Shown here: positions 49,843-63,500 of the stretch, piece after piece
Layout of the letters: each line of letters opens with the position of its first letter
Numbering within the stretch: position 1 is the first letter of the stretch
Assembly (NCBI RefSeq): GCF_001194135.2
Contig: NC_068982.1
Location: 150,715,854 to 150,779,853, forward strand
Direction: 5' to 3'
DNA length: 64,000 nucleotides
Origin: Octopus bimaculoides
Taxonomy: Eukaryota
The notes under the pieces: generated by a model
Database searches by the model: none
Told to the model about the DNA's origin: nothing
What the model saw: the letters and a program-made list of their open reading frames with translations, nothing else
Program-made: the position numbers and the translations under genes

Positions 49843-52800
49843 GGGCCCAACAAGTAGATATTGATTATATTACCAAGATGAAAATGGAGTCGAGGGGTGT
49901 AGAATTATAAAAAAGACAAGTCTGAAGCGTTTACTTACTGTATTTGTTGCAATCAATTCAGTCGTAAGAGAGAGAGAAGTTATAAGTATAATTGAACCTC
50001 CAATACCATTAAAAGCAGCAGCACCAAAAACTTGCATTGAATTAATTGGAATAAATAAAATCCAGATACTGAAGCTCAGTGATATGATAAGTCCAATGAC
50101 AAATGTCAGCTGAAATACATTGAAATTACTTGTTTTATTAAAAGATGATGAATTACTGCTGAAATAAATAAATAAATTATATCTTTTCATGTCATTATTA
50201 TAGTGAAGTCAAAGATGAAGCAAATATTCAAAATTATTAAACATTTGGTTGCATTTTATAAAAGAATCAGCAGAATCAAACATCTGGTTGCATTTTACAG
50301 TAGAAGCAACAGAATCAAGCTTTCAATTGCATTTTATAATAATGATTTCTTACACGGACATAAAGCCACAAATTTTGCAAGGAAGGAAAAATTCAATTAA
50401 ATCAATGCCATTATTTGACAAGTACATAAAACTAATCCAAAATGGAAGAAAGGATTTGAATTCAGAATGTAAAGAGCCAGCCATAACTTACCACTACAAG
50501 ACATTTTATCTGACAATGTAAAGATACTACTAATGCATTATTCTATCAATAATGATTCCAATTATAGGCATAAGGTTACAAATTGTTTTGGAGACAGATA
50601 TAGTTGGTTATATGAACCCCAGCAATTAGTGCTTATATAGATAGTATCAATTCATCTACCTTAAATTAGTGGTTCAACAGAGTCAATAAAAGAAGTACCA
50701 CACTAGAATAAGTACTGGGGATGATATAACTGACAACTTTTGGAGATGATGCCCACAGCCTAAAGACTGCAACTAGTAAAAGAAGAAAATGTGTATAATC
50801 TAGTCATTGGACTATTGCCAAGCTGGGACATTGTCTTCAAGTGTTCAAATTGCTCATACTGATATCAGTATTCTGCTTAGTCTATTGCTTTCTAATTATT
50901 GAATGTTTCTGTTGCATTTTTGATATGAAAGTATGTGACTTGACACATATGGACTCCTAGATGTGTACAGGTGTGTACGTATATGTATGTGAGTATCATC
51001 ATCGTCGTCATCACCATCATGATCAGCATTCATTCGTTTTATGTCTGCTTTTCCATGTTTGCATGGGTTAGATGAATATGTCATTGAGGCATTGTTTTAC
51101 AGCTCTGTTCTTCCAATCGCTTCCTTACCTGTTTTCAAGTGAGAGATCTCTTATTCCAGGTGGCTTCAAAGGTGTATGTGTGTACATGCACATTCATATG
51201 CATATGCACATGCACAAAGGGCTTCTACATGCTTTCTATCTACCAAATTTCACTCACAAGGAATCAGTTAATCCAACACTATAGAACACACACACATGTA
51301 TGTATAAATATATACATATATATGAAACATGCATACAGACATATCATCATTAAGGCATTCTCATTCAAATATCTTTCATTTGTTTCAGTCATTAGACTGT
51401 GCCCAAGTTGTGCAAACAAATCAACCCCAGTACATATTTTTTTCCAAAGCCTAGTATTTATTCTATTGGTCTCTTTGCCAAACTGCTAAGTTACAGGTTC
51501 ATAAACAAACTAGTATGCAGGATGGTGGTGGAGAAACACAAATACACAAGTATATAGATGGCTTCCACAAAGCATAAGTTGACCTAGGGCTATAGCAGAA
51601 GACACCTTGGGTAAGTGTCTTCTACTACAGTCCCATGCCAACCAATGCTTTGTGAGTGAATTTAGTTGATGATCAATTTCTATAAAATAATACCAAATAC
51701 AGAAACATCATCCCTTCACAAGTCACTATCAGGTTAGGGTGAGGTGGGATGAGCTTCCCATAATGAATTATTTAATTATCTGTATATTTCTAGACTAGTA
51801 CTTATTAAACTGGTCTAAGAGGGATAAAATGTAATATTAACACTTGTGAGATTTGAACTCTGGATGTAAAGAAACAAAGCAAAGGCTGCAATGTATATTG
51901 CTTGATATTTGTGTCTCCACAAACCCACTGAATTTAATAATACTGATGATTTTTAACATAGGTGCAAGGCTATAGCACTGTGATGAGTATAGTTTAAATC
52001 AACTCTAGTACTTCACTGGTACTTTTTTCTTCTCAACTCTGAAAGTTTGAAAGATAAAGTTAACCCAACCTCCAACAAAATCTGAACTTTTGTAAAGAGA
52101 TGAAATAAAAAAAATCCATGCTTCACTGATTTTGTTAGTCTACAGCTTTAGTTAATGACAACCACAATGTTTTTTCTTTTTATTTGTCACAAGACAAACA
52201 TTTTGTTGTCCCCACCACCACACAAACCAAATCAGGTTTATAAGATTCAGATCAGCCATTATAACTTAATCCCGTGTATTTACTTCTCAACACTAGCATT
52301 TCTCTTACTACTAGCTAACCTAATCTGCTTTCCTCCTTACCTGCCTCTCTCTCAAATCTAGCCAACTAACAAGGTCAACTACTAGACTACTTTTGCCATT
52401 GGATACAATGACAATATGTGGTTCACATTGCTTAGTACAATATCTCAAACTGAAAATTTTTGGGAGATAGGGGGAGAGAAAAAGTTAAAAGGAAAGAAGA
52501 AAATGAATGTAGAATATGAGAAGATATAATTTCTCTAGTGATTTACATAAGAAAACAACTTCAGAGGAATTTTATCAATTTGAAGATGAGAAAAAATGTT
52601 AAATTGAAAAATATATAATCAAACTGAATTCAATTACAAAATTTTGAGTATTTACTGTTGTTATACTTTATTCTAAACACCATTAAATGTTTGATTATTT
52701 GGCTGTCACCATTGCTCCCTTCACCACTACCACCACCATCATGTGTCCATTTTCCATGCTAGCATGAAATGAACATTTTGACTAGATCCAAAAGGTTGAG

Positions 52801-55800
52801 GATCACTTCATGCACAGGTGTCTCAGTTTTCACATGGTTTCTATGGGTCGATGCCCTTTCTAATGTCATCCACTTTGCAAAGAATACTGGGTACTTTTTT
52901 CATAGCTCCAGCACTAATGAGGTCACCTTGTAACTTACAAGATAGAAGAATACCCTCAACTTAGAAGGGGTATAGAAGACAGAGTGGTTGCTTTAAGCAA
53001 AGTGTTAAGAGGTAAAAGTATAATGCAGGGAGCATGTATAGGTTTACTTTTGTGGAAGAGATTCATGGTTACCCTGTATTTTACAAGGGTAGGTGGGAAA
53101 AGCTGGTGTGGAACCCAAAAAGAGGTAAAAAAGGTAATGATGTCCAAGAAATATTTAAAATAGAGCATAGGTACAGAAGACTAAGGGGGAAGGAGTAGTG
53201 TAAAAGTATGAGAAGGTCAGATGTATATAAGAGATGAATGTTGTGAATAATGAACAGAAGTTGGGATGGTAAATATGAGTGGGGATGATAAGAATGAGAA
53301 ATGGATACTGACTGAGTGAAGAACAGAGAAGAGCGAGTGGTGACTAGTAGTACAGAGATGACAATATGGTATGGTGCACAGTAACAGGTTTTGCTTTCAT
53401 TTCTTACATCAGCAGAATAGTACAGTAGATAAGTGAGTAATGGAAAGATGAGTGAGTGATAGGATTAAAAGTTGCAAGGAGGAGAGAGCAAGAAATAGAT
53501 ACCAACAAGGAGGATGTTGTCAGGGATCCAGTTGTTTAGATGAAGGAAGGGTGCTGCAAGGGAGAAAGAAGCAAGAGCTGTAGACTTGGCAGGGTCTCAG
53601 TTGTATGCATTATACACGATGCCTTTAAGAGCCTTAGTCACAATATGCTAGTGTAGCTGGGCACTGTTTTCTCAAGCACTGTGTATCACCAATCATCTAT
53701 GTCCTTAGTCATCTCTTCTGTGAGAGTCACACCATCCTGAGATTGGCTTTTATCACCTCATACCACATCTTCCTAGGTCTTCTTCTTCCATGGCTTTAAA
53801 TGCAAATACTTGCACTAATAATCAGCAAAGAAACACCTAGCTGAAACTTGCTACTTCTCACTGTGTATGTATAGCTAAGTCACATGATATAAAAAGTGTC
53901 ACAATCCCCAACAAACTCATGATGGCTTCACATATAGAAATTTTCCTAACTGCATTCCTCTTTAGACCAGAAAATATTACAACTCTGATAAGTTGCTGAC
54001 GTTATAAAGCTGAAGTTAGACCCTCGCGAAAATGATGAAGATGTATGTCAGCAAAAATAAAAGAAGAGGAAATGTGGTAGTCAAAGTAAAAGTAGTTTTT
54101 ATAGGAAAGGACTGCACACATGGAATTCTCTCAATAAAGAACCTGAGTACAAAACTTTATCCATAACTTTTCTCATAGTCACTACATGTTTTGTAACTTC
54201 CACAGCTCCTCATTAAAGTGTTGCATGTATGATAGTTATGATGCTGTAGCTATATGCATATACATGCACAAAATATCTGCATCATATAAAAACAAAGGCC
54301 ATTTATATACTAAGCAAATATTCACTCATTAACCATACATGCTATGATTAGCCTACCAACATGTCATGACTAGTCTAATGAATGACTGAAAGAATGAGAG
54401 AAAGAATGAGAATGAAAGAGTTAGAAGAAGAAGGGTGAAGATATGGCAAATCAGAAAGTTTCTCAACATAACTATCTTACCTTTGCTCCTATAGTTGAAT
54501 TGACCAGCTTCATAATTAATGTGGTTAAAAAACTGAATATATAAACCACAAGAGGAACAATGGCTATATATTTCTGAAATAAAACAGCAGAGTATAGCAT
54601 TTAGATAATTATATAGACATAATACAGCTCAATACCTAAATTATGCTCCCTCCTCACATAATGCATGCATTTTAGAAATATTTAAAAATACTGTTTGATA
54701 TATAAACTTAAATCCTTTCTTAGTTGTGAGCAAACTCATCCAACTTGGGCTAGCCCAGTAACATAGATGTTAAATTGATGATAACATCAAGTGTAATCAT
54801 TAGGCTTTTCTTTTCTCTATATTTTTAGTTTTAAAACGAAGGGCAACAACCTATAGCTTTTGCAGGAACCAAGAACCATAAATTACAGTTTCCTATTAAC
54901 TATGACTTTTGTCCTTATAAATAGCTCAACTGGAAGTCAGTGAACTCAAGTGAACCTGTCAGTAAACAGGACAAACATTTTTAAGTGACTCTCACAGAGC
55001 CAAGGGCCTGCTGTGTCTGGCAATGGGGCTCTATTAGAGAATCACCTCAAGTTGTAGTTATAAATAGCAGTACTGTGCAAATGGCGGTGCAAGAGGAAGT
55101 AGCACATCAAGATATTGAGTTACCCTGAAACCTGTCCAAATACTTCAACAGAATAACTTTGGCAAAAGACACCCATGAACTAAGTGATTGCAGTGTTAAA
55201 CTGAGTTATAAACTAGGTTTACACTTGCCCACCTCAAAAAGTAAAATGGTAGGCTATGGAATTTTATTGGGCATCAGCACTAGAGAAGTTTTCTTACTGG
55301 ACTTAGGCACCAGCACTAGAGAAGTCTTCATACTGGACTTAGTGTATAGAAAACATCAGTAACATTTTGTTTTGAAAATTCCCATAAAATTCAGTTTACT
55401 CAGTCTCCATTCCACTCACAGTTACAACCCTCTTGGCATTCCTATCAGAATCTTTCCAACAAGCAATTTAAAAAGATACAAAACACAAAGAAACAAAATA
55501 CATTAATGACTTGCCTTATTTAGTTGGATAGTGTCGAGAACATAGAGGGGTAAATATATCTGGGAAATGTTTAAAAATAGTCGAGTCCCCATGTAAATGA
55601 CTCCAATCTGTAAGTAAAAAACAATAACAGGAAATTTAACAATAACTTTATTTTTTTAAATGGAAATAAAGAGCATTATATTAAAGAATGTCCTTTTAAA
55701 AAGAGTATTTCAGGACTTTTCACTGGAGAGAATGAAAAGAAAATTTAACGAATGGGATATTAGTTCAAAGATTTAAATAAATTAAAGATTATTTAATCTT

Positions 55801-57498
55801 ATAGTGTGTATCAACTTACTACTATTATAGTGTGTATCAACTGAACTATAAGGGTGGGTTGTAAAGTTCATAGGCTGACTATGAAGGAGTGATGCTAGAG
55901 CTGTGAAATCTTGCATGCATTAATTTCAACTCTTCTTATTAATAACTGCATTGTTCCTTTCCAGGTAAACTCACATCTGACAGTTCAAAGAAAACTTCAA
56001 AAGTAAATAGTAGCAACTTCTCTTGAAAATGAACAAAATTTGGCATTGTTGTGTTATCAAGTATCTGCAGAAAAAGGTTTTAACCCCCAAGAGCATTCAT
56101 ACTGATATGATTACTGCATTAAGAGATGGCACTCCAGCTTTATCAACAGTGGATAAGTGGGCAGTTGAACTTAGGAAGGGAAGGAAGAATCTTGAAGATG
56201 ATCCAAGGTCTGGGAGTCCTACACCAGCTACCACTGAGGAAAACACTGATCATGTTCACCACATGGTAGGGATGACAGGTGATTGACTTTAATCAAATAG
56301 TTAATGCTATTAGCATATCCTGTGAGAGAGTTGAGAATATTCTTCAAATTGAACTTGGCATGACGAAAGTTTCTGCTCAGTGGGTGCCATGTCTTCTGAC
56401 ACCTGATCAAAAGCACACCAGGCTGACAACATCACGGAAAAATCTGACATTGTTTGAGGCAGATCAAGCTGGTTTCCTGGAGTGTTTCCGAACCCAGGAC
56501 CAGTGTTGGGCTCATCACTTTGAGTCAGTAACAAAGAGACAATCCATGCAGTGGAAACAGCCCTCCTCATCTGCTCCAGAGAAGGCCAAGGTTGTTTCGT
56601 CTGGATGGAAGGTGATGAACTCAGTTTTTTGGGATGCAGAAGGCATTGAGTTTATTGATTATCTTCAGAAGGGTCAAACCATCAATGGAGAGCACTATGT
56701 CAATAAAAACTATTCATATGCCAAGATATGAATAGTATCAAGACCAAACACCCAGAAAAACTGTTGAAAAGAATCTTGTTTCATCAGGACATTTCTCCAG
56801 AACACAAGTTTTTGGTTTCAATGACTGTTGGACTGCTTTGTATGACTTTGAACTGGTTGATTACCCTCCCTATTCTCCTGATTTGGCCCCATTTGGCTAT
56901 TTATTATCTGTTCCCCAACATGAAAAAAACATTTGGTTGAGAACTAGTATAGCAGTGATGATGAAGTCATATCTGCAGTTGAAGACTTTTTTTACCAACA
57001 GGAAGAAAGCTTCTTCACCAGTGGGATCCAAGCACTGTAACACTGATCGAAGAAGTGTGTGAATTGCAAGGGAGACTATGTGACATTTAGTCACACTCCA
57101 TGAGAATATTTTGGTCAGGCTATGAACTTTTCAGCTGATACCTCATACTAGTTATGCCAGTTACATGGTAAATAAAAAGAACAATAAAATAGCTACGATA
57201 TTTATTGTTATATGTGTGTCAAAAGGATAGATGGCTAATTCAAACCAAGGCCCCTTAACAAGAAAAGTAATACTTAAGGAGACAACTTGAAACTCTCCAG
57301 AGCTACATGAAATTCGAAATTCTTAAGCTCTAATTGGTTTTAAGAAGAGGAAATGGCACTTAACAATTACAAGTGGTCTCATAAATGCTTGTGTGTGTGT
57401 GTGTGTGTGGAGAGAGAGAGAGAGAGAGAGAGGGGGAGAGAGAGAGAAAGAGAGGGGAGAGAGAGAGAGAGAAAGAGAGANNNNNNNNNNNNNNNNNN

Positions 57499-57553
<55 letters not shown>

Positions 57554-60500
57554 AGTGATGGGGGATATTTGCTGCTAGCACCTTGACCTGCTTCTTTTGT
57601 ACACAAGATAATGAGATGGATGTTCAACTGTTTAGTATTTAAACTGGCCATATCAGGCCCAAAGATTCTACTTGTTTTATGTTCAAACTGGCCAGATCCA
57701 GCCTCTCACACTTACTCTATGATCTCATTCTAAAAATGAACAAACATATCATCAATATCTCAAAGCTATGAGAAATGCATGATGAATTTTTAAAAAATGT
57801 GAACAAATAAGTATTACATTTGACTGAGTAATCTGAATGTTAAGGGGTTAAATATCCCGAAGTTCCCTGTTGATGAAACCATACCTAAAACACATTTTTT
57901 TTTTTTATCAATTAATCTTGGAAAGAAATCACTTAACCCTGTCAAATGTAATGCTTATTCATTTACATTGTTTTGAATTAATCATGTATTATCTTGTAAC
58001 TTTAAAATTTCAATGGTGTGATTATTTATTTTAAAAATTACATTGTAAAGTAGGTGTGAGAGGTGGGATTTGGTTGGTTTGAACATTAAACAAGGAGAAT
58101 TTTTGGGCTGGATATGGCTGGTTTAAATGCTAAAAGGTTAAGGAAGGCTTTATGAATGTATAGTGTGACAAGAACTCTCTTGATTTTCTATTAAAAATGG
58201 GACTGCCATCATTAGTGAAATTACAAGCATAAATGTTAACTTTCTTTTTCTATGATATTTTGTATCCGGCCTGTCTTTATTACCTACATTTTGCAGCACT
58301 CCAATCCACTAAGATAACAGTGTTCCTTCTGTCACCCTCTCTTCATTAAGCTCTTCAATCCTCTCTCTGTCTCTACCTTAATCATTATACACCAGTGTAC
58401 CACATTCCTGAGTAAAGAAACTTCTTTGATCATTCCAACAACTTAATTATCACCCTCACTTCACTTCCAATATATCAACGATGATGGAAACATTCATAAT
58501 CATCCCCTTTCTTCCATAACCATCAAGCTGTGCAGTTCCTGTAGTCATGCTCTATTACATCATAATCTTGAGATTAACAAAGACATCAATCATATCTGAG
58601 ATGACAATTGCCCACCTGTGGGCTGTATTCATCTCCTGTCTGTTGAATCAGTTTCCTGTTAGATTATTTCATTTTAGAGTGCACTGATGGGTCTCTCTGT
58701 GATTTACATTCAATCAATTCTAGTGTACCAAAAGATTATAACTCCAATACTCTTCCTTTTGTACATTAATGCTGTTATTTTTAACTATGTATATGATATC
58801 CCTCACTTCTCAATCTTCTATATACAACTTACTGCCTCCATGAACAGAGATGATGATGATGATGATGATGTATCTGCTTTTCATGCTGACATGGGTTTGG
58901 CAGGTTGTAACCTAGATGTGTTGAAGGACCTCATCTGACTTAGAAGTTTTGTTTTTAGTTTGGTCTCTATGGCTGGATGCCCTTCCAACATCAATCACTT
59001 TATAGGTTTTACTGGATGCATTCTTTCATTGCATAGCTCTAGAGAGGCTGTCACATCTTCAATAAGACTAAAAGATCCTCCCAACCCAATACTTAGAGAG
59101 TACTGGGTGCATTTTATTGTGCCACTAGCAACAACAAAGATAGGGTGACAGAGTGATAGATAGCTTTATAGAGTTAACTGTTGTTGGGGGCTGAATTATT
59201 TTCTGGTTCTAAAGAGAAAAGCTAGTTTTATCTTGGAGAAGACTTGCCTTTTGTTTGAATCTAAAACTAAGTTATAGTTACTTAAGCCTTGCAGCTGGTG
59301 GAAACATAAATTTTAAATAATTGATAATTTATTTGCTAATGGTCTGCAATTTCAACTTCAAAATGTCTTTAATATGTTTTATTTAAAACAGTAATTTAAT
59401 TTATCTGTTTACTTTTACCAGATATTTTATAATATATATTACACCTGTAATATCATCTAATAGGCATATTTTTGTTGAATGCGAGGTGGAATGGATTATA
59501 TTCTCTGTTATTCCCAAGCTTCTATATTGATTGAATGTGAATGTAGACATATGGTAATGGAGACGTATATGGAAGTATCAGATAGATTTCAGAAACCAAA
59601 ACAAGAAAAGAAAAAAAAGTCTTATGAATTGTTTTAATATGAACTTTGCATTTAGAAATTAATATAATTTAATGATAACTTTTTTCAATAATTTGGTTGT
59701 TATATTAAGTATGTCAGAATATATTGTTAATGATAATTTTTTGAACACCTGTTTAATGTCTTCCTAATATCAAATTAATATCTCCTCCAGTAGAGTGACA
59801 ACTGTTACAAAAGAGAATATTTTCTCTACAAATTGAGCACATGAGTGCATCTGGCAATGAGATGGCTTCTATCATCAGTGACATACTGTGTCTCATTTGT
59901 ATGTGGAAGAGGAAGGTGTCCAAAGGCTGATCATCCTGACAACAGAACTCATTTCAAAGTTAAAAACAATTAGCAGATAAGAATAGTTGACATAGTTGCT
60001 TACTGGAATGATAATGAAACTGACTGATGGTAAATAATAGTTTTTAAACCGCTTCACTAACACCAGATGAATCTGCTCAGGCACACCAGTCATTATATCT
60101 ATATAGAGCTGTAGTAACATTTGTATCTGGACAAAAACGGTATTTCTCATGGGGTATCCAGCCATCAAATCTGTTCTGATGAAATCTCAAAGTGACACGC
60201 ACATCTATATCATAGCCAAAACTACACACCGGAGTAGATGTTCTCAGCAGGACTAGATTATACTACAGTTCTGAAAGAATGCTGACAGAAAAAGTTCAAC
60301 TATGACCTACTCTGGAGTACTTCATATATAAACTGGGATATTGTCGCTGTCATGCACAACACCAGACTATATCAAAATACAAAAGAAAAGGCATCTGTCT
60401 CATTACCAGATTTTCACTCACAAACCCATTATAACCATTAGCTCACCAAAATACTGTGTCCTCTCTATCTCTTCTATAACTATTACAACAGTTCCTACTT

Positions 60501-63500
60501 CTCTGAACTAATAAGCTGTGTAGAACTTGGTACATCAGCCATTCCTCCTCTTCTTCCTTCTCCTCTTTTAATGTCCATTGTCCATGCTGGCATGGGTTGG
60601 GTGGTTTGACAGGATCTAGCGAGCTTCAATGTCAGTTTTGGCATGGCAAATCCTATACTAAATACTTGATCTATGAAAATCCAAACATCTTAAGGTTTAC
60701 AAACTAGTTTGGAACAATTTTCTGTTTAAATATCTTTATAACATGAAATTATATTGAAGGTGAAGCACCTGCAACCTTTGTAACCCTTAAGTGTAATCTT
60801 AAGGGAGGAGTCTGGATTTTACATAAAAAATACATTTTTGCTCTTTATATATTTATTCTAATGTTCTTAAAATGTCAAATTATCTATAAACACAAATTTA
60901 AATGTTTACCTCTTATTTAAATATTTATAATTTCTTTTCTGTATAGTAAATAAAATTTTCTTTTATTTGGCCATATTAGATTTCACATGCAGTTTTCAAA
61001 CAGAAAGAAATTCTAAGTTGGAAGGATCTCACAAGAGAGATGACTTACAAGAAACAAAGAAAAAGAGGGAGAAAAAGGTAAAAGAAAAAACAGGAATGAA
61101 GAATGACTACTATAAATACGAGGTGGTATCAAAAATTTCCTGGATTAGTTATGTTTAATAAATAATAACTTATTTACCTAAGTTTTAACATCATCTCCTT
61201 CGAAATAGTCACTTTGCATAATAACACACCGGTCCCAGCATTCCTACCACTTTTGGAATCCGGCCTGGAAGTCATTTTCCATAAGTGAGTCAAAGACCTT
61301 CTGTAATTTGCTTTTGATTTTGACAGCGGTGTTAAAACAGTGACCTTTGAGCTGCATTTTCCTCTTGGGGAAGAGATGGAAGTCTACAGGTGCTAAATCT
61401 GGTGAATGGGGCAGGTGTGGAAGTGAGGAGAGCTCAGTGACAGGGTGCATTGTGGTCATGAAGAATCCAATTCTTGTCGCTCCACAGATCTGGTCACTTT
61501 TGCTGAATGTCCTCCTTCAAACACTTCAAAACATTGCAAGAGAACTCTCAATTGATGGTCTGGCCCTGGGGTACTAATTCTCAATGCACAATACAATATT
61601 TCCAGGGGTGACACTCGAGGCAGGTCTTCCAGATTGCTCATCATCTTCCAAGGACAGTCTTCTGCTTTTGAAGTGTCCGTCCCATTTGAAACATTGTGTA
61701 TGACCCATTGCCTCATTACCACAAGCTTGCCGAAGCATGCTCATGTCTCTGTAGCAAACTTTCCAAGTTTAATGCAAAATTTTATGATGGCTCTTTGCTC
61801 CAACATCCTGTCCATGACAAAAATAGTAGACTACAGCAGACACATGGTCGCAAAAACAAAAATTTCACAACTTGCAAAGTAAACACAGCAATGTCACTTG
61901 ACACACTACCAGCTCTCAGTGTGCACACAATCATGTGCTGCCATCTGTTGGTGTGCTACAGAACTAGTCCAGGAACTTTTTGATACCACCTTGTAAGAGA
62001 ATGATGAGAATAAGGAATATGTTAAAAAATGATCTATATACCATGTAAAACTGTGGTTCATACCACCAGTCTTTCCATGTCATTATACTTCGAGTGCATG
62101 ACAATAAACCGTCTTTTTCCTGGCTTTCTGTTACAGCTGGTGTGGAGTACATTTTCTCTGGGGAGAAAGTATGAAATATAAAGGAGAAAAATACTCCAAT
62201 TCCAGTCACTATAAATACAAGTAGCTGAAAATAAAGAAACATTGTAAATGGAAAATCTGTAAATAACAAATGTAAATGAGAGAAGGAAGTGAAGAGAATT
62301 TCTCTTTTATTGGTTCCAAATATTTAAGTCTTTTTTTTAAACTTGTATCTTGTAGCTAATGAAAATACAAATGCACTGTTATATTCACTTGTAATTACTT
62401 TGTATTAACCCATTAGCATTCAAATTATTCTGTCAAGTGAAATGCTTATTTATTCACATTGTTTTGAATTAATCAAGCACTGACTTGTAGCTTCAAAATT
62501 TTGATGATGTGGTTGTTTATTTTTAGAATGACATTGTAGGGTATGTGTGAGATGTTGGATATGACCAGTTTGAACATAAAAGAGGCAGAATATTTTGGCC
62601 AGATATGGTCAGTTTAAATGCTAAAGGGTTAGTAATGATTTCTAACATAAGCACAAGACCATATATTTAGGAGTAGGGGAATTCAGTCCTAAACTGGTAC
62701 TTCATTTGATGGAAGCTGTCAGGGTGTGTGACTAAGAGATAACAAATCTCTGAACGTAAATGGAATGGTCCTATGGGTTTTTGATTGAATACTTCACAAG
62801 CTTATCTATTAATAAACAGATTGGTCCATTAAATGCTGCTGTACTGTTCATAATTAGTAGCAGGGATTTCAAGGATTGGAGAGATGGGTTTTCATACCTT
62901 TCCCTCAGAGTATTATTAATTATAGTCAAAAGAAATAGTTATCACCAGAAACTGGAAATGTCATAGCCTCAGCTCATTGGAGTTTTATTTCTATTCTGGA
63001 ATGTAATTGAACAAAAATGTTTCACTTAACATCAACTGCTTCTGAAACTAAAATATGCTGGTATTGATTTTCACGTGAATATTTTAAAATCTTAATTCCT
63101 AGTTATCTCTGGGTCTTTGACATTAATCTCAGCTTGACACTGACAAGTACATAGAATTATGTAAATTACTACATAACTAGATTTGTTGACTTTATAAGTG
63201 GATTTGTTTAGCCTCTGGTCAGCCCTATTCAAGCAAGCTACAATCAAAGGTATTCCGAACATAAACACATCTATTTTCTTCAACACAAAGTATCTAGGAT
63301 TACATTATCCAATATGTCCTTCAATTTTAAAACAGTAAAGTATGATTTGATAGTGATTTTACTCTTATTTCTAGCAAGCTGAAAAGCCACATAGAGGATC
63401 CATCAGTGACTTACATTTGTAAGTCACTGATGGATCCTCTGGTAAGTTATATGATTTTGATGGTCTTTAAGGTGATGAACATATGATTGATGCTGATGAG

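Noticed and set aside
55262-55345. ~36 bp tandem duplication (also a 16 bp repeat at 55801-55842)
   Set aside because: Ordinary local slippage with no sign of function
57353-57651. Arg/Glu and Ser/Leu repeat ORFs
   Set aside because: Translations of (GA)n microsatellites
59893-60168. ORF as the missing MFSD12 exon
   Set aside because: The expected exon was found at 55515-55607; this ORF is largely antisense to a LINE relic
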